Assembly: GCA_964016885.1 (NCBI GenBank)
Contig: OZ024743.1
Span: 248,001-312,000 of the forward strand
From: Eledone cirrhosa
Lineage: Eukaryota
Reading direction: 5' to 3'
DNA length: 64,000 nt
This document shows, one piece after another, positions 1 through 11,900 of the stretch; within the stretch, counting starts at the first letter, position 1; every line of letters starts with the position of its first letter. The position numbers were made by a program, and so were the translations under genes. Below the pieces are notes generated by a model. It was not told where the DNA came from and ran no database searches. It saw nothing but the letters and a program-made list of their open reading frames with translations.

Positions 1-195
1 TAACGAAGGAAGTGTGGTAAGGAACCAGGTGGACCATAGCGCACCAAAGTACTCAATACTTAGGGTAGTAGAGTGGGTAATAGGAACAAGTAAGACCCCG
101 ACGGCTGAGCTCAAGCCGTTTCGACGGCTAATTCTGTACAGAATTAGCCGTCGAAACGGCTTGAGCTCAGCCGTCGGGGTCTTACTTGTTCCTAT
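1..195. repeat. (TA)n-flanked hairpin element with a 116-bp perfect palindrome (80-195); relatives at 33466-33577, 35611-35785, 38533-38620
   Basis: ATAGGAACAAGTAAGACCCCGACGGCTGAG...GT|AC...CTCAGCCGTCGGGGTCTTACTTGTTCCTAT is self-complementary. The leader (AAGTACTCAATACTTAG) recurs in three other copies. Confidence 0.8.
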
Positions 196-245
196 ATATA
201 TATATATATATGTATATATAAAGAAAATATAATATATAATATATA

Positions 246-299
<54 letters not shown>

Positions 300-304
300 T
301 ATAT

Positions 305-342
<38 letters not shown>

Positions 343-642
343 ATGTAATAAACAACATAAGGCAATTATTCCATTCACCAGTGGTTTCTATACATAGAGC
401 ACACATATATATATATATATTAGGTTATGCAAGAAATGCTTAGGATTGCATTAATGCAGTAATGGTTAATTACTACACTAGGTAGAGTTGACGTACGGTG
501 AAGGGTTACTCAACGAGTATCAGCACAAACCCTAAGGTTGTCACTTTGAGAATAAACAATATAATAAAACCTCTACCACAACATTTTGATTAAGCTATCT
601 GTATTCTTCAAACTACTCTCTCCCATTTCTCCAACCCCTACA

Positions 643-716
<74 letters not shown>

Positions 717-821
717 TCTCTCTCTCTCTCCCTCTGCCCTTCTTTCTCTCTTCCTTTTCTACTCTATCTTCCCCAATAACTTCCTTTAGGAAATACAAGA
801 GAATTTACATTTTAACCATTC

Positions 822-938
822 TGCTCTGAGGAAACGGTAGAAGCAGCATTTGAAAATTGAGTTTCTGCAAACTAATAATTACCAATCTGCACATAGCATG
901 ACTAGGCTGTATAACTACTGTTGAAACATTTGTAAGCA
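822..938 (+). ncRNA. Type I hammerhead ribozyme with extended stem II
   Basis: Stem I TGCT/AGCA; core CTGAGGA (826-832); stem II AACGGTAG/CTACTGTT with a ~75-nt insert; GAAACATTTGTA (stem III ACA/TGT, GUA triplet). Confidence 0.7.
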
Positions 939-994
939 CTCGGAATAAATTACCTTTTTATGATGTCTACCTGTTATTATTCATTCTTTATATA

Positions 995-1027
<33 letters not shown>

Positions 1028-1782
1028 CTATATATATATATATATCACATTTTTTTTATTTGTTTGACCCGAATTACTTGGTCGTTTCTATGGCTGTGCG
1101 GATAATGGTTTAACCATCGTCTCAGTGTGTTTGGCCTTTTAACGTATGTTGTAGCACTGGTTCGTTAGAATTTATTGAGTGCTTGCCACACATCTCGGAA
1201 GTTGTTTTTCGCTAATTTCCAATAGCCGAAATACGATTCTCGCTAATTTATATTTGTATATATATATATATATGATGATTTATATATATATATATATAAT
1301 ATACTTGCATATCTGAATGCAGATTCTCTTTCCCATCCAAATAAATTCGCACGGGTCTGCACACACACACCCAAATATTACAGCTATGGCCTATTTTTTT
1401 CATTCGTTTTGGTGCATCAGCTGGGAAATGAACCCATGCAATTCACGTCTCAGGTGAGAATTAGTAACTGGTATTATTGGTAGATGGCATGATATGAACA
1501 TAACATTTAACGGCGGCAAGTGATATAAAACAAAAGTCTGTACAGACTGTTGTTAATGTTTTCGTTTACATTATATCAACCTACACAGAAAACATACATT
1601 GCACACATACATACACACATACATACATACATATACATACATACATAAACATCCACACATACATACACATACATATCTGCATACATACATACATAGACGC
1701 AGATACCCACACATACATACACATACATACATACATACATACATACATCCAACATGCTATAGACAGACATCAGGGCTCTATT

Positions 1783-1814
<32 letters not shown>

Positions 1815-1830
1815 TGTATGTATGTATGTA

Positions 1831-2437
1831 TGGTCACCAGTTGGTGCTACTGGTAACATGTGTCCCAGTACAACCTGTCCCATGGTCGGGTCGTTGGCGA
1901 CTAAACTGGCAACCCCACCAAGGTTTCTTGGTGAGGAGGGTGACTTTGGACATCCTGCAGGACTAAAAACAAAACCTGTCAAAGGGCAAAGGAGCTCTTA
2001 AGAGTCAATGGCCATCCAAAATCACCGGGAGAGATGACCCCTTAGCCTTTGTCAAGGCAGAATTCTAGGAGAAGGAAAACTCTGATATAACACCTGCAAC
2101 CCTGATGGTATCCAATGATGTTGACTTGTTCTTCTTTTTGGTAAATATCATCTTGGTTAAGAGAGTGGGACTGGCTTTGTGCAGTGCCTTTGCTCACTAT
2201 AAAAGCTTCACGGCACAGGCATTGCTTTATATCTGGAGATCTCTCTGCACTTGTCGTCACATGGTACCATGGGCCCAGCACTATGTGTCAGTAATTGTCA
2301 CAAGTGTAGTGTTTGTACCAGAGTTTTCAAGTCGCTGGCTGGACTAAAAAGTCACACTCGTTCAGCGCATCGGTAGGGGTTCTCCTACATGGATATAAAG
2401 TAGTGGCCGTACTCGAAAACGAGTTGGCAGCCACCAT
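1831..2437 (+). mobile_element. Short non-autonomous RTE-like retroelement (5' UTR fused to 3' end) within (TATG)n
   Basis: GC-richer block with no long ORF. Its 3' end GGCCGTACTCGAAAACGAGTTGGCAGCCACC+(ATGT)n matches an inverted end at 60672-60710, next to an RTE endonuclease fragment. Confidence 0.5.
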
Positions 2438-2952
2438 GTATGTATGTATGTATGTATGTATGTATGTATGTATGTATGTATGTATGTATGTATGTATGTA
2501 TGTATGTATGAGTATGTATGTGTGGGTATCTGCGTCTATGTATGTATGTATGCAGATATGTATGTGTATGTATGTGTGGGTGTGTATGTATGTATGTATG
2601 TATGTATGTATGTATGTATGTATGTATGTATGTATGTATGTTTATGTATGTACATGTAAAGGCTATAAAACTAAAACAGAAACGCTAAGTGACTTGTGTG
2701 AAACTTTGAAATTCAATGATGACAGCTTGTTTCTAAGATACCGATTCCTTGATTAATGGGAAAATGCTTACGAATAAGTAAAGAGGCGTACACACTGACA
2801 TATTTATATATCTATATACACACATATACATACATATATATACATATATATTTTCATATATACATGCATATATATATATACATATATACACACATACACA
2901 CACACACACACAAACATATATATATATATATATACACACACGCATACACACA

Positions 2953-2987
<35 letters not shown>

Positions 2988-2990
<3 letters not shown>

Positions 2991-3325
2991 ACACTCAGCA
3001 TTCGCGGTCACCGTTATTTGCGGAATTTTTCTTAGAACCTAACTAATAATTGTTTGTTGGAAACCACCGCATATTCGCGGAATCGCAAATATCTTCCGCG
3101 ATTTTTTAATGGCTTTTTTCGTGACAATATATATTTCTTAACACTAAATTATTAATAACAGTATACCGTATCTGCCGGCCTATTGGACGCCCCTTTGCAT
3201 AAGACGCTTTTTCTTTTTTTTACATTTATAGACATTTTTATGGACCACCTCATATAATCACAGTTTTTTACTCTTCGTAGGTGCTCTAGGAAGGTAAAAC
3301 CCGCGAATACCGTGGGATAACTGTA
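2988..3325. mobile_element. Tigger/pogo-like MITE
   Basis: Imperfect TIRs containing ATTCGCGG / CCGCGAATACCGTGGGATAACTG and TA flanks. An inverted homologue lies at 49742-50032. Confidence 0.65.
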
Positions 3326-3597
3326 TATATATATATATACATATATATATGATGGACTTTCCCGTCGATATCCACGTATGAGTGTCCAACAAAAGTTCAG
3401 CTCTCTGGATGGCGGTGTCTCATGTGACATTTCAATCCCTCCAGTGACCCACAGACCAAGCCACATAGGTCGCAAAAGCAAGAGTTTATGGAGAATTCTC
3501 GCAGGTATCAAGGCCCGTTGCTTCGTCCCTGCTCGGTCAACACGCAATTTCTCTATGCGATTGGATTCAAATCTCTTGATCGCACTATGGCACCTTT

Positions 3598-3660
<63 letters not shown>

Positions 3661-3902
3661 GCCTGCACAACCATGTGGTTAAAATATTGACGTTGCAACT
3701 TCGTAGGAACATTGGCATGTGCCTTCCTCAGTACCCCCGGGTTGACCAATGCAAAGTATGGTATATTTTGTAGAAACAAATAAAGGAAAGTATTATGTAT
3801 CTGAGATTCTTGTCATTTGACAGATGACTAAATACTCCATCTAGACTGCTCGACAATAGAAATTTTAACAATAACAATAATAACAGCAATATTAATAATA
3901 AT

Positions 3903-4090
3903 TGTTTCTACTTTTGGCACAAGGCCAGCAATTATCCAGTGCATTACTGATACTTTATTTTATCGACCCCGTAAGGATGAAAGGCAAAGTTAACCTCCGC
4001 GTGATTTGAACTCAGACTGTAAAAGGTCCGTAACTCTATGCTGCAAAGCATGGTGTCCAACTCTCTACCGATACTGACAATCCACCGCCC
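3903..4090 (-). mobile_element. tRNA-derived SINE (abundant family in this window)
   Basis: B-box GAGTTCAAATC on the minus strand; conserved TCGACCCC..GGATGAAAGGCAAAG and TTTTGGCACAAGGCCAGCAATT blocks shared by more than 10 copies. Confidence 0.75.
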
Positions 4091-5346
4091 TTGTTTTATT
4101 GACCGCCATGGCCACCATATAAGAGACAATACAAAAGACAGGGACAGTTGGGAGGGGGTTGCACAAAATCGAGTAAAAAGAAGATAACAATAAACAACAA
4201 AATACATAATGAAAATTCCGCAATGGGGGGGGGGAGTACTACCCAGAGGTAACTTAAGCACTTCACTAATCCTAAACCACCCTACTATTCAAGAGCACCC
4301 TGGGAACGCGCCCTTCCCTTCTTAAAACTATCCAACCTACAGGCACATGGTCAGCGTAGACCCATTCTCGCTAAATTTCATCTTTCTTTTAACAAATGTA
4401 CTGGCTGAGGGCGTCACTTTATTTTCCAATCAATTACGCACACACACGCACGCCCCCCCCCCCCCACACACACGCACACACATGTACATGACACAAGAAC
4501 ATGTACATGACACTTGCACACAAATGTTAGCCTGTGTTTGCAAGCGTTAATTTTGTTTTTCTCTGCCGGTCTTCTTATGTTTTGTCACATATATAAACAC
4601 CTTCACACTTAAACATATTTACGTATATGTATGTATAGGTCTGTATGATGGCTGCGTCACAAAACTCTCGGTCGGAGCGGAAACGAGCAGAGCTATTGAG
4701 ATCAGGCGGGGAGTCTTACATGCATACTGTCTCTTCATGTCTGTTTCATTACATATATACGTAAAACATACAGTTGAAACTCCGGTTTAACGGGACATTG
4801 ACCCGATCTTTGTAAAAATTATTAATCTCTACTATGATATTCAGCATTCATTTTTGCAGCCGTCAGTACTAAACGGGACGACAGTAAATTTTTTCCTACT
4901 TTTGGCGTCTTTTGTTGCACATTTACACGCATAGTCTATTGTCTATTTAATTCTAAGTGTATATTTTCCCATTTATATCCTTTCAGTTGAAAAGAAACTT
5001 GTAAAGTTTTCCTGTCTATTCTTTTATTTGTTATAGGCACACATGCATTAGGCCAACAGAACGGACTTCGATGTGTTAGGTAAACTGGCATTACAAGTGC
5101 AGTACCACCTTCATGCACGAAACTGCATTGCGAGGAAGGTGGCTGACGAAGTAAGTAGCGATGCATTTTTCTGTTTGCGTTATGTAATCGCGTGCATTTT
5201 CTGCTGATTATAACTATATACACATACACACATACGCACACACACACACACACACACACATATGTATATGTATATATGATATATATATGCTATATATATC
5301 ACATATACATACATATATATGAAATATATATGTGTGTGTGTGTAAG

Positions 5347-5384
<38 letters not shown>

Positions 5385-5418
5385 CGTGTGTTTGTATACA
5401 TACTTGCATATACTTATG

Positions 5419-5463
<45 letters not shown>

Positions 5464-5474
5464 GGAGAAGGAGA

Positions 5475-5517
<43 letters not shown>

Positions 5518-5984
5518 GGAGGTTGAAACAATTTAGTGGCTTGGGTGAAGCAGAATTAAGGTCCCATCTGTTCTATTAATTTGGCGAGGCAACATCACAA
5601 GTGAAACAAAATGTTATCTGTACAATTTCCTGCAGTTGATAAAGCCATGAGTCTAATTGTTCTGCCTTCGGGGGTATAGAAGATATAGATATAGGCATAA
5701 GCATAGCTTGTCAGAAGTATCGTCAGTGAAAGAGTGTGTGTGTGTGCGTGCGTTGTGTGTGTTGTATGTGTGTGTGTGTGTGCGTTTTGCGTGTGCGTGT
5801 GTGTGTGTGTGTTGTATGTGTGTGTGTGCGTGTGTGTGTGTGCGTTGTGTGTGTGTGTGTGTGTGTTGTATGTGTGTGTGTGCGTGTGTGTGTGTGCGTT
5901 GTGTGTGTGTGTGTTGTATGTGTGTGTGTGGGCAGATTCGTGCGAGTTTATTTGAATGAGAAAGAGAATGTGCATTCAGGTATG

Positions 5985-6236
5985 TATGTACATTATATAT
6001 ATTATATATTATATATATTATATATTATATATATTATATATTATATATATTATATATTATATATATTATATATTATATATATTATATATTATATATATTA
6101 TATATTATATATATTATATATTATATATATTATATATTATATATATTATATATTATATATATTATATATTATATATATTATATATTATATATATTATATA
6201 TTATATATATTATATATTATATATATTATATATTCA
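5985..6236. repeat. AT-only minisatellite (TATATTATATATAT)n
   Basis: Direct inspection. Confidence 0.9.
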
Positions 6237-6260
6237 TACATAAAATCATAATAGATACAC

Positions 6261-6568
<308 letters not shown>

Positions 6569-6715
6569 GCTTTGCAGTAAAGAGTTACGGCCCTTTATGG
6601 TTTGAGTTCAAATCCCGCCGAGGTTAACTTTGCCTTTCATCCTTACGTGGTCGATAAAACAAAGTACCAGTAATGTACTGGGTAATTGCTGGCCTTGTGC
6701 CAAAAGTAGAAACAA
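6569..6715 (+). mobile_element. tRNA-derived SINE, 5'-truncated, running into (ATT)n
   Basis: GAGTTCAAATCCCGCCGAGG...AATTGCTGGCCTTGTGCCAAAA. Confidence 0.7.
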
Positions 6716-6841
6716 TTATTATTATTATTATTATTATACAGCAAGAACCTTCCGATACGTCCTGAATATCTGAGGCTGCAGGTAGCGGCTTGATATTCAT
6801 GCCAACGGACTTTCCAGTTAACTAACATCAATGATTATTAT

Positions 6842-7124
6842 TCCTTGAATCTCAGTCATTGATGTTAGTTAACTGGAAAGTCCGTTGGCATGAATATCAA
6901 GCCGCTACCTGCAGCCTCAGATATTCAGGACGTATCGGAAGGTTCTTGCTGTTCCCAGCAAGCATGCCTTTTGAAGTGTTCCAAAAATCGGGGTTGGACT
7001 AATCTTCTTTAACCATCCTTGGAAACTCTTTGAGATAGTATCTAGTGCGTCTATGAAAATCGGGACGACTTTGACTTCATGGCAGTTCCAAATTCTCTTT
7101 AACTCCCACTTTAAATCCTGGTAT
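6842..7124 (-). mobile_element. 3' fragment of a second R4/Dong-like (RLE) non-LTR family
   Basis: Minus strand reads YQDLKWELKRIWNCHEVKVVPIFIDALDTISKSFQGWL...LQKACLLGTARTFRYVLNI* (stop 6917-6919). This is homologous to the C-terminus of ORF 7457-8827 and is followed by a 3' UTR and TAA tail. Confidence 0.8.
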
Positions 7125-7134
7125 TGGTTAATTT

Positions 7135-7293
7135 TCTCCCCCTATTGGGGAATTTTTTCATTGTTCTATTATTACATCCTCTGTTTTTTTGGTTTTTTTT
7201 ACACGCAGAAATGCCCTTTTGTACCGTCCTGTATTGTCCTGTACTGTCCTTAATGTCTACTTTGTGTAAACCCTTGTGGTTAATAAAGAAAGC
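7135..7293 (+). mobile_element. Tx1-like LINE 3' end followed by (ATT)n
   Basis: Highly similar to 16678-16835, including AATAAAGAAA immediately before (ATT)n. Confidence 0.85.
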
Positions 7294-7312
7294 ATTATTA
7301 TTATTATTATTA

Positions 7313-8908
7313 CAGTTGCATTTATCTTGCTTTATGTTCATACGAGTTATCACCAAGTCACAACCAGTGACCTCAAGAGACAACAAGGTCCGCCATGTTC
7401 AAGAAAGAACATACATACTCACACATGCATCTTTAGTGTTTAGACTTGTGACGTACTTATATTGACAGAATCTTCCTTAGTATATGGGCAGTTCCCATTA
7501 GTACTATCTTTTGTATTTCTCCTATACGCGGGTTTCCTGGTATTTGCGATAAGTAATCATTAGACCCCTTAGGTATCATTCCCAGAGCGCCTACAACCAC
7601 TGGTATTGGTTTAGTTCTCAATTTCCACATTTTTCCAATTTCTATCTCCAGGTCCTTATACTTGCTCAATTTTTCAAATGTGTTTATAGATACATTCTTG
7701 TCTATTGGAACGGACATATCAATTAGCAGGCATACCCTCTTTTTAAAGTCCTTCAATATTATATCAGGTCTATTTGCATCTATTTTTCGGTCTGTTTGGA
7801 TGCTAAAGTTCCACAAGATTGAGATGTGATCTTTTTCAAGTATGGGAGGTGGTTGATGCTCCCACCAATTCTTTTGATGGGGCAGGTCAAAATGCTTACA
7901 CATTATCCAATGTATGTATTGTGCAGCTCTGTCATGCCTGTTTAGGTATTCGGTTGGAGCTATAGGACTGCACATTGAAATTATATGGTCAATGGTCTCT
8001 GGTTGTTTTTTGCATACGCGGCATAATGGGCTGCATCCATTTTTTATTATGTTGGCTTGGTAATTTTTTGTTGGCAGACACTGATCTTGTGCTGATATAA
8101 TCAGTCCTTCAGTCTCCGATTTCAGTCCAGAGGATGCCAACCACTGATGGGTTAAAGTTTTGTCAACATCAGGATTGTTAGCTCGCTCTGGGTATTTTCC
8201 ATACAGAGGCTTTTCTTGCCATTTCTTAGCCAGTTTCTGTAGCAGTTCTTTCTTTGCAGTTACTTTTACCTGCTTTGCTTTTTCTGTGTTTTCCATTTCA
8301 GCAGTAAATGGGACTTCTGAAATTTGTAGTCCATTACTGTATCTTTGTGCATCTTTTGTAATGGAATATGATCTTTTGATGCTTTCGTGTTTCAAAACGA
8401 GTTTGATCATCCAATCATGTGATTCCCTTAGATATGTAGATAATCCAATTGTTGCAGTTTTCAACGCAATGTCTAACTGGACTAACCCACGTCCTCCTTC
8501 TTTCCTAGGGAGATATATTCTATCTATATCTGCCTTAGGGTGATGCATTCTGTGCATGGTTAAGAATTTTCGAATTTTTGTATTGAGCCTACGGATCTCT
8601 GTGCTTGACCAGTTGATGACATTGTAACTGTAGGTTACTACTGGTATGGCAAGCGTGTTTATGGCATCGATCCTATTCCTTGCATTCAATTCCGTTCTTA
8701 AGATTGCTCTTACTCTGCGGTAACATTCCTTCCTTATCCTTTCCCTCATTGTCGAGTGCTTGATTCCGTCTCCTTCACAAACACCTAGATATTTGTAAGT
8801 TTTTTCTTGATCAAGTTCTCTTATCACGTTCCCCCGATCAAGATTAATGTCTGAACTCTTCAGCAGCTTTCCTCTGGTGAACGTTGCTTTGGCGCATTTA
8901 TCTAGTCC
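7313..8908 (-). mobile_element. 5'-truncated R4/Dong-like non-LTR retrotransposon inserted in (TAA)n
   Basis: Open ORF plus 3' UTR ending at (TAA)n 7294-7312. (TAA)n targeting is established for Dong of the R4 clade. Confidence 0.88.
7457..8908 (-). CDS. C-terminal part of RT + CCHC zinc finger + PD-(D/E)xK restriction-like endonuclease (R4/Dong-like)
   Basis: GLDKCAK and YKYLGV (late RT motifs), CRVC...ETIDHIISMC, RHD, RPDII...LIDMSVP, EKLSKYKDL. The frame stays open to 8908, beyond the ORF track's start at 8827. Confidence 0.9.
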   Translation of the reverse strand, partial: GLDKCAKATFTRGKLLKSSDINLDRGNVIRELDQEKTYKYLGVCEGDGIKHSTMRERIRKECYRRVRAILRTELNARNRIDAINTLAIPVVTYSYNVINWSSTEIRRLNTKIRKFLTMHRMHHPKADIDRIYLPRKEGGRGLVQLDIALKTATIGLSTYLRESHDWMIKLVLKHESIKRSYSITKDAQRYSNGLQISEVPFTAEMENTEKAKQVKVTAKKELLQKLAKKWQEKPLYGKYPERANNPDVDKTLTHQWLASSGLKSETEGLIISAQDQCLPTKNYQANIIKNGCSPLCRVCKKQPETIDHIISMCSPIAPTEYLNRHDRAAQYIHWIMCKHFDLPHQKNWWEHQPPPILEKDHISILWNFSIQTDRKIDANRPDIILKDFKKRVCLLIDMSVPIDKNVSINTFEKLSKYKDLEIEIGKMWKLRTKPIPVVVGALGMIPKGSNDYLSQIPGNPRIGEIQKIVLMGTAHILRKILSI

Positions 8909-11900
8909 TTATTAACGTTGCTTTGGCGCATTTATCTAGTCCGTGAACGTTGCTTTGGCGCATTTATCTAGTCCTTATTAACGTTGCTTTGGCGCATTTA
9001 TCTAGTCCGTGAACGTTGCTTTGGCGCATTTATCTAGTCCTTATTAACGTTGCTTTGGCCCATTTATCTAGTCCGTGAACGTTGCTTTGGCGCATTTATC
9101 TAGTCCTTATTAACGTTGCTTTGGCGCATTTATCTAGTCCTTATTAACGTTGCTTTGGCGCATTTATCTAGTCCTTATTAACGTTGCTTTGGCGCATTTA
9201 TCTAGTCCGTGAACGTTGCTTTGGCGCATTTATCTAGTCCTTATTAACGTTGCTTTGGCCCATTTATCTAGTCCTTATTAACGTTGCTTTGGCGCATTTA
9301 TCTAGTCCGTGAACGTTGCTTTGGCGCATTTATCTAGTCCTTATTAACGTTGCTTTGGCCCATTTATCTAGTCCGTGAACGTTGCTTTGGCGCATTTATC
9401 TAGTCCTTATTAACGTTGCTTTGGCCCATTTATCTAGTCCTTATTAACGTTGCTTTGGCGCATTTATCTAGTCCGTGAACGTTGCTTTGGCGCATTTATC
9501 TAGTCCTTATTAACGTTGCTTTGGCGCATTTATCTAGTCCGTGAACGTTGCTTTGGCGCATTTATCTAGTCCTTATTAACGTTGCTTTGGCCCATTTATC
9601 TAGTCCGTGAACGTTGCTTTGGCGCATTTATCTAGTCCTTATTAACGTTGCTTTGGCGCATTTATCTAGTCCTTATTAACGTTGCTTTGGCGCATTTATC
9701 TAGTCCTTATTAACGTTGCTTTGGCGCATTTATCTAGTCCTTATTAACGTTGCTTTGGCCCATTTATCTAGTCCGTGAACGTTGCTTTGGCGCATTTATC
9801 TAGTCCTTATTAACGTTGCTTTGGCCCATTTATCTAGTCCTTATTAACGTTGCTTTGGCGCATTTATCTAGTCCTTATTAACGTTGCTTTGGCCCATTTA
9901 TCTAGTCCGTGAACGTTGCTTTGGCGCATTTATCTAGTCCTTATTAACGTTGCTTTGGCCCATTTATCTAGTCCTTATTAACGTTGCTTTGGCCCATTTA
10001 TCTAGTCCTTATTAACGTTGCTTTGGCCCATTTATCTAGTCCTTATTAACGTTGCTTTGGCCCATTTATCTAGTCCTTATTAACGTTGCTTTGGCCCATT
10101 TATCTAGTCCGTGAACGTTGCTTTGGCGCATTTATCTAGTCCTTATTAACGTTGCTTTGGCCCATTTATCTAGTCCTTATTAACGTTGCTTTGGCCCATT
10201 TATCTAGTCCTTATTAACGTTGCTTTGGCCCATTTATCTAGTCCTTATTAACGTTGCTTTGGCCCATTTATCTAGTCCTTATTAACGTTGCTTTGGCCCA
10301 TTTATCTAGTCCTTATTAACGTTGCTTTGGCCCATTTATCTAGTCCTTATTAACGTTGCTTTGGCCCATTTATCTAGTCCTTATTAACGTTGCTTTGGCC
10401 CATTTATCTAGTCCTTATTAACGTTGCTTTGGCGCATTTATCTAGTCCTTATTAACGTTGCTTTGGCCCATTTATCTAGTCCGTGAACGTTGCTTTGGCG
10501 CATTTATCTAGTCCTTATTAACGTTGCTTTGGCCCATTTATCTAGTCCTTATTAACGTTGCTTTGGCCCATTTATCTAGTCCTTATTAACGTTGCTTTGG
10601 CCCATTTATCTAGTCCTTATTAACGTTGCTTTGGCCCATTTATCTAGTCCTTATTAACGTTGCTTTGGCGCATTTATCTAGTCCTTATTAACGTTGCTTT
10701 GGCCCATTTATCTAGTCCGTGAACGTTGCTTTGGCGCATTTATCTAGTCCTTATTAACGTTGCTTTGGCCCATTTATCTAGTCCTTATTAACGTTGCTTT
10801 GGCCCATTTATCTAGTCCTTATTAACGTTGCTTTGGCCCATTTATCTAGTCCTTATTAACGTTGCTTTGGCCCATTTATCTAGTCCTTATTAACGTTGCT
10901 TTGGCCCATTTATCTAGTCCGTGAACGTTGCTTTGGCGCATTTATCTAGTCCTTATTAACGTTGCTTTGGCCCATTTATCTAGTCCTTATTAACGTTGCT
11001 TTGGCGCATTTATCTAGTCCTTATTAACGTTGCTTTGGCGCATTTATCTAGTCCTTATTAACGTTGCTTTGGCGCATTTATCTAGTCCTTATTAACGTTG
11101 CTTTGGCCCATTTATCTAGTCCGTGAACGTTGCTTTGGCGCATTTATCTAGTCCTTATTAACGTTGCTTTGGCGCATTTATCTAGTCCTTATTAACGTTG
11201 CTTTGGCGCATTTATCTAGTCCTTATTAACGTTGCTTTGGCCCATTTATCTAGTCCGTGAACGTTGCTTTGGCGCATTTATCTAGTCCTTATTAACGTTG
11301 CTTTGGCGCATTTATCTAGTCCTTATTAACGTTGCTTTGGCGCATTTATCTAGTCCTTATTAACGTTGCTTTGGCGCATTTATCTAGTCCTTATTAACGT
11401 TGCTTTGGCGCATTTATCTAGTCCTTATTAACGTTGCTTTGGCGCATTTATCTAGTCCTTATTAACGTTGCTTTGGCCCATTTATCTAGTCCGTGAACGT
11501 TGCTTTGGCGCATTTATCTAGTCCTTATTAACGTTGCTTTGGCGCATTTATCTAGTCCTTATTAACGTTGCTTTGGCGCATTTATCTAGTCCTTATTAAC
11601 GTTGCTTTGGCGCATTTATCTAGTCCTTATTAACGTTGCTTTGGCGCATTTATCTAGTCCTTATTAACGTTGCTTTGGCGCATTTATCTAGTCCTTATTA
11701 ACGTTGCTTTGGCCCATTTATCTAGTCCGTGAACGTTGCTTTGGCGCATTTATCTAGTCCTTATTAACGTTGCTTTGGCCCATTTATCTAGTCCTTATTA
11801 ACGTTGCTTTGGCCCATTTATCTAGTCCGTGAACGTTGCTTTGGCGCATTTATCTAGTCCGTGAACGTTGCTTTGGCGCATTTATCTAGTCCTTATTAAC

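Noticed and set aside
1831-1915. Canonical HDV-like ribozyme
   Set aside because: The P3/P1 adjacency required by the nested double pseudoknot could not be satisfied by eye; kept only as an unexplained structured 5' end.
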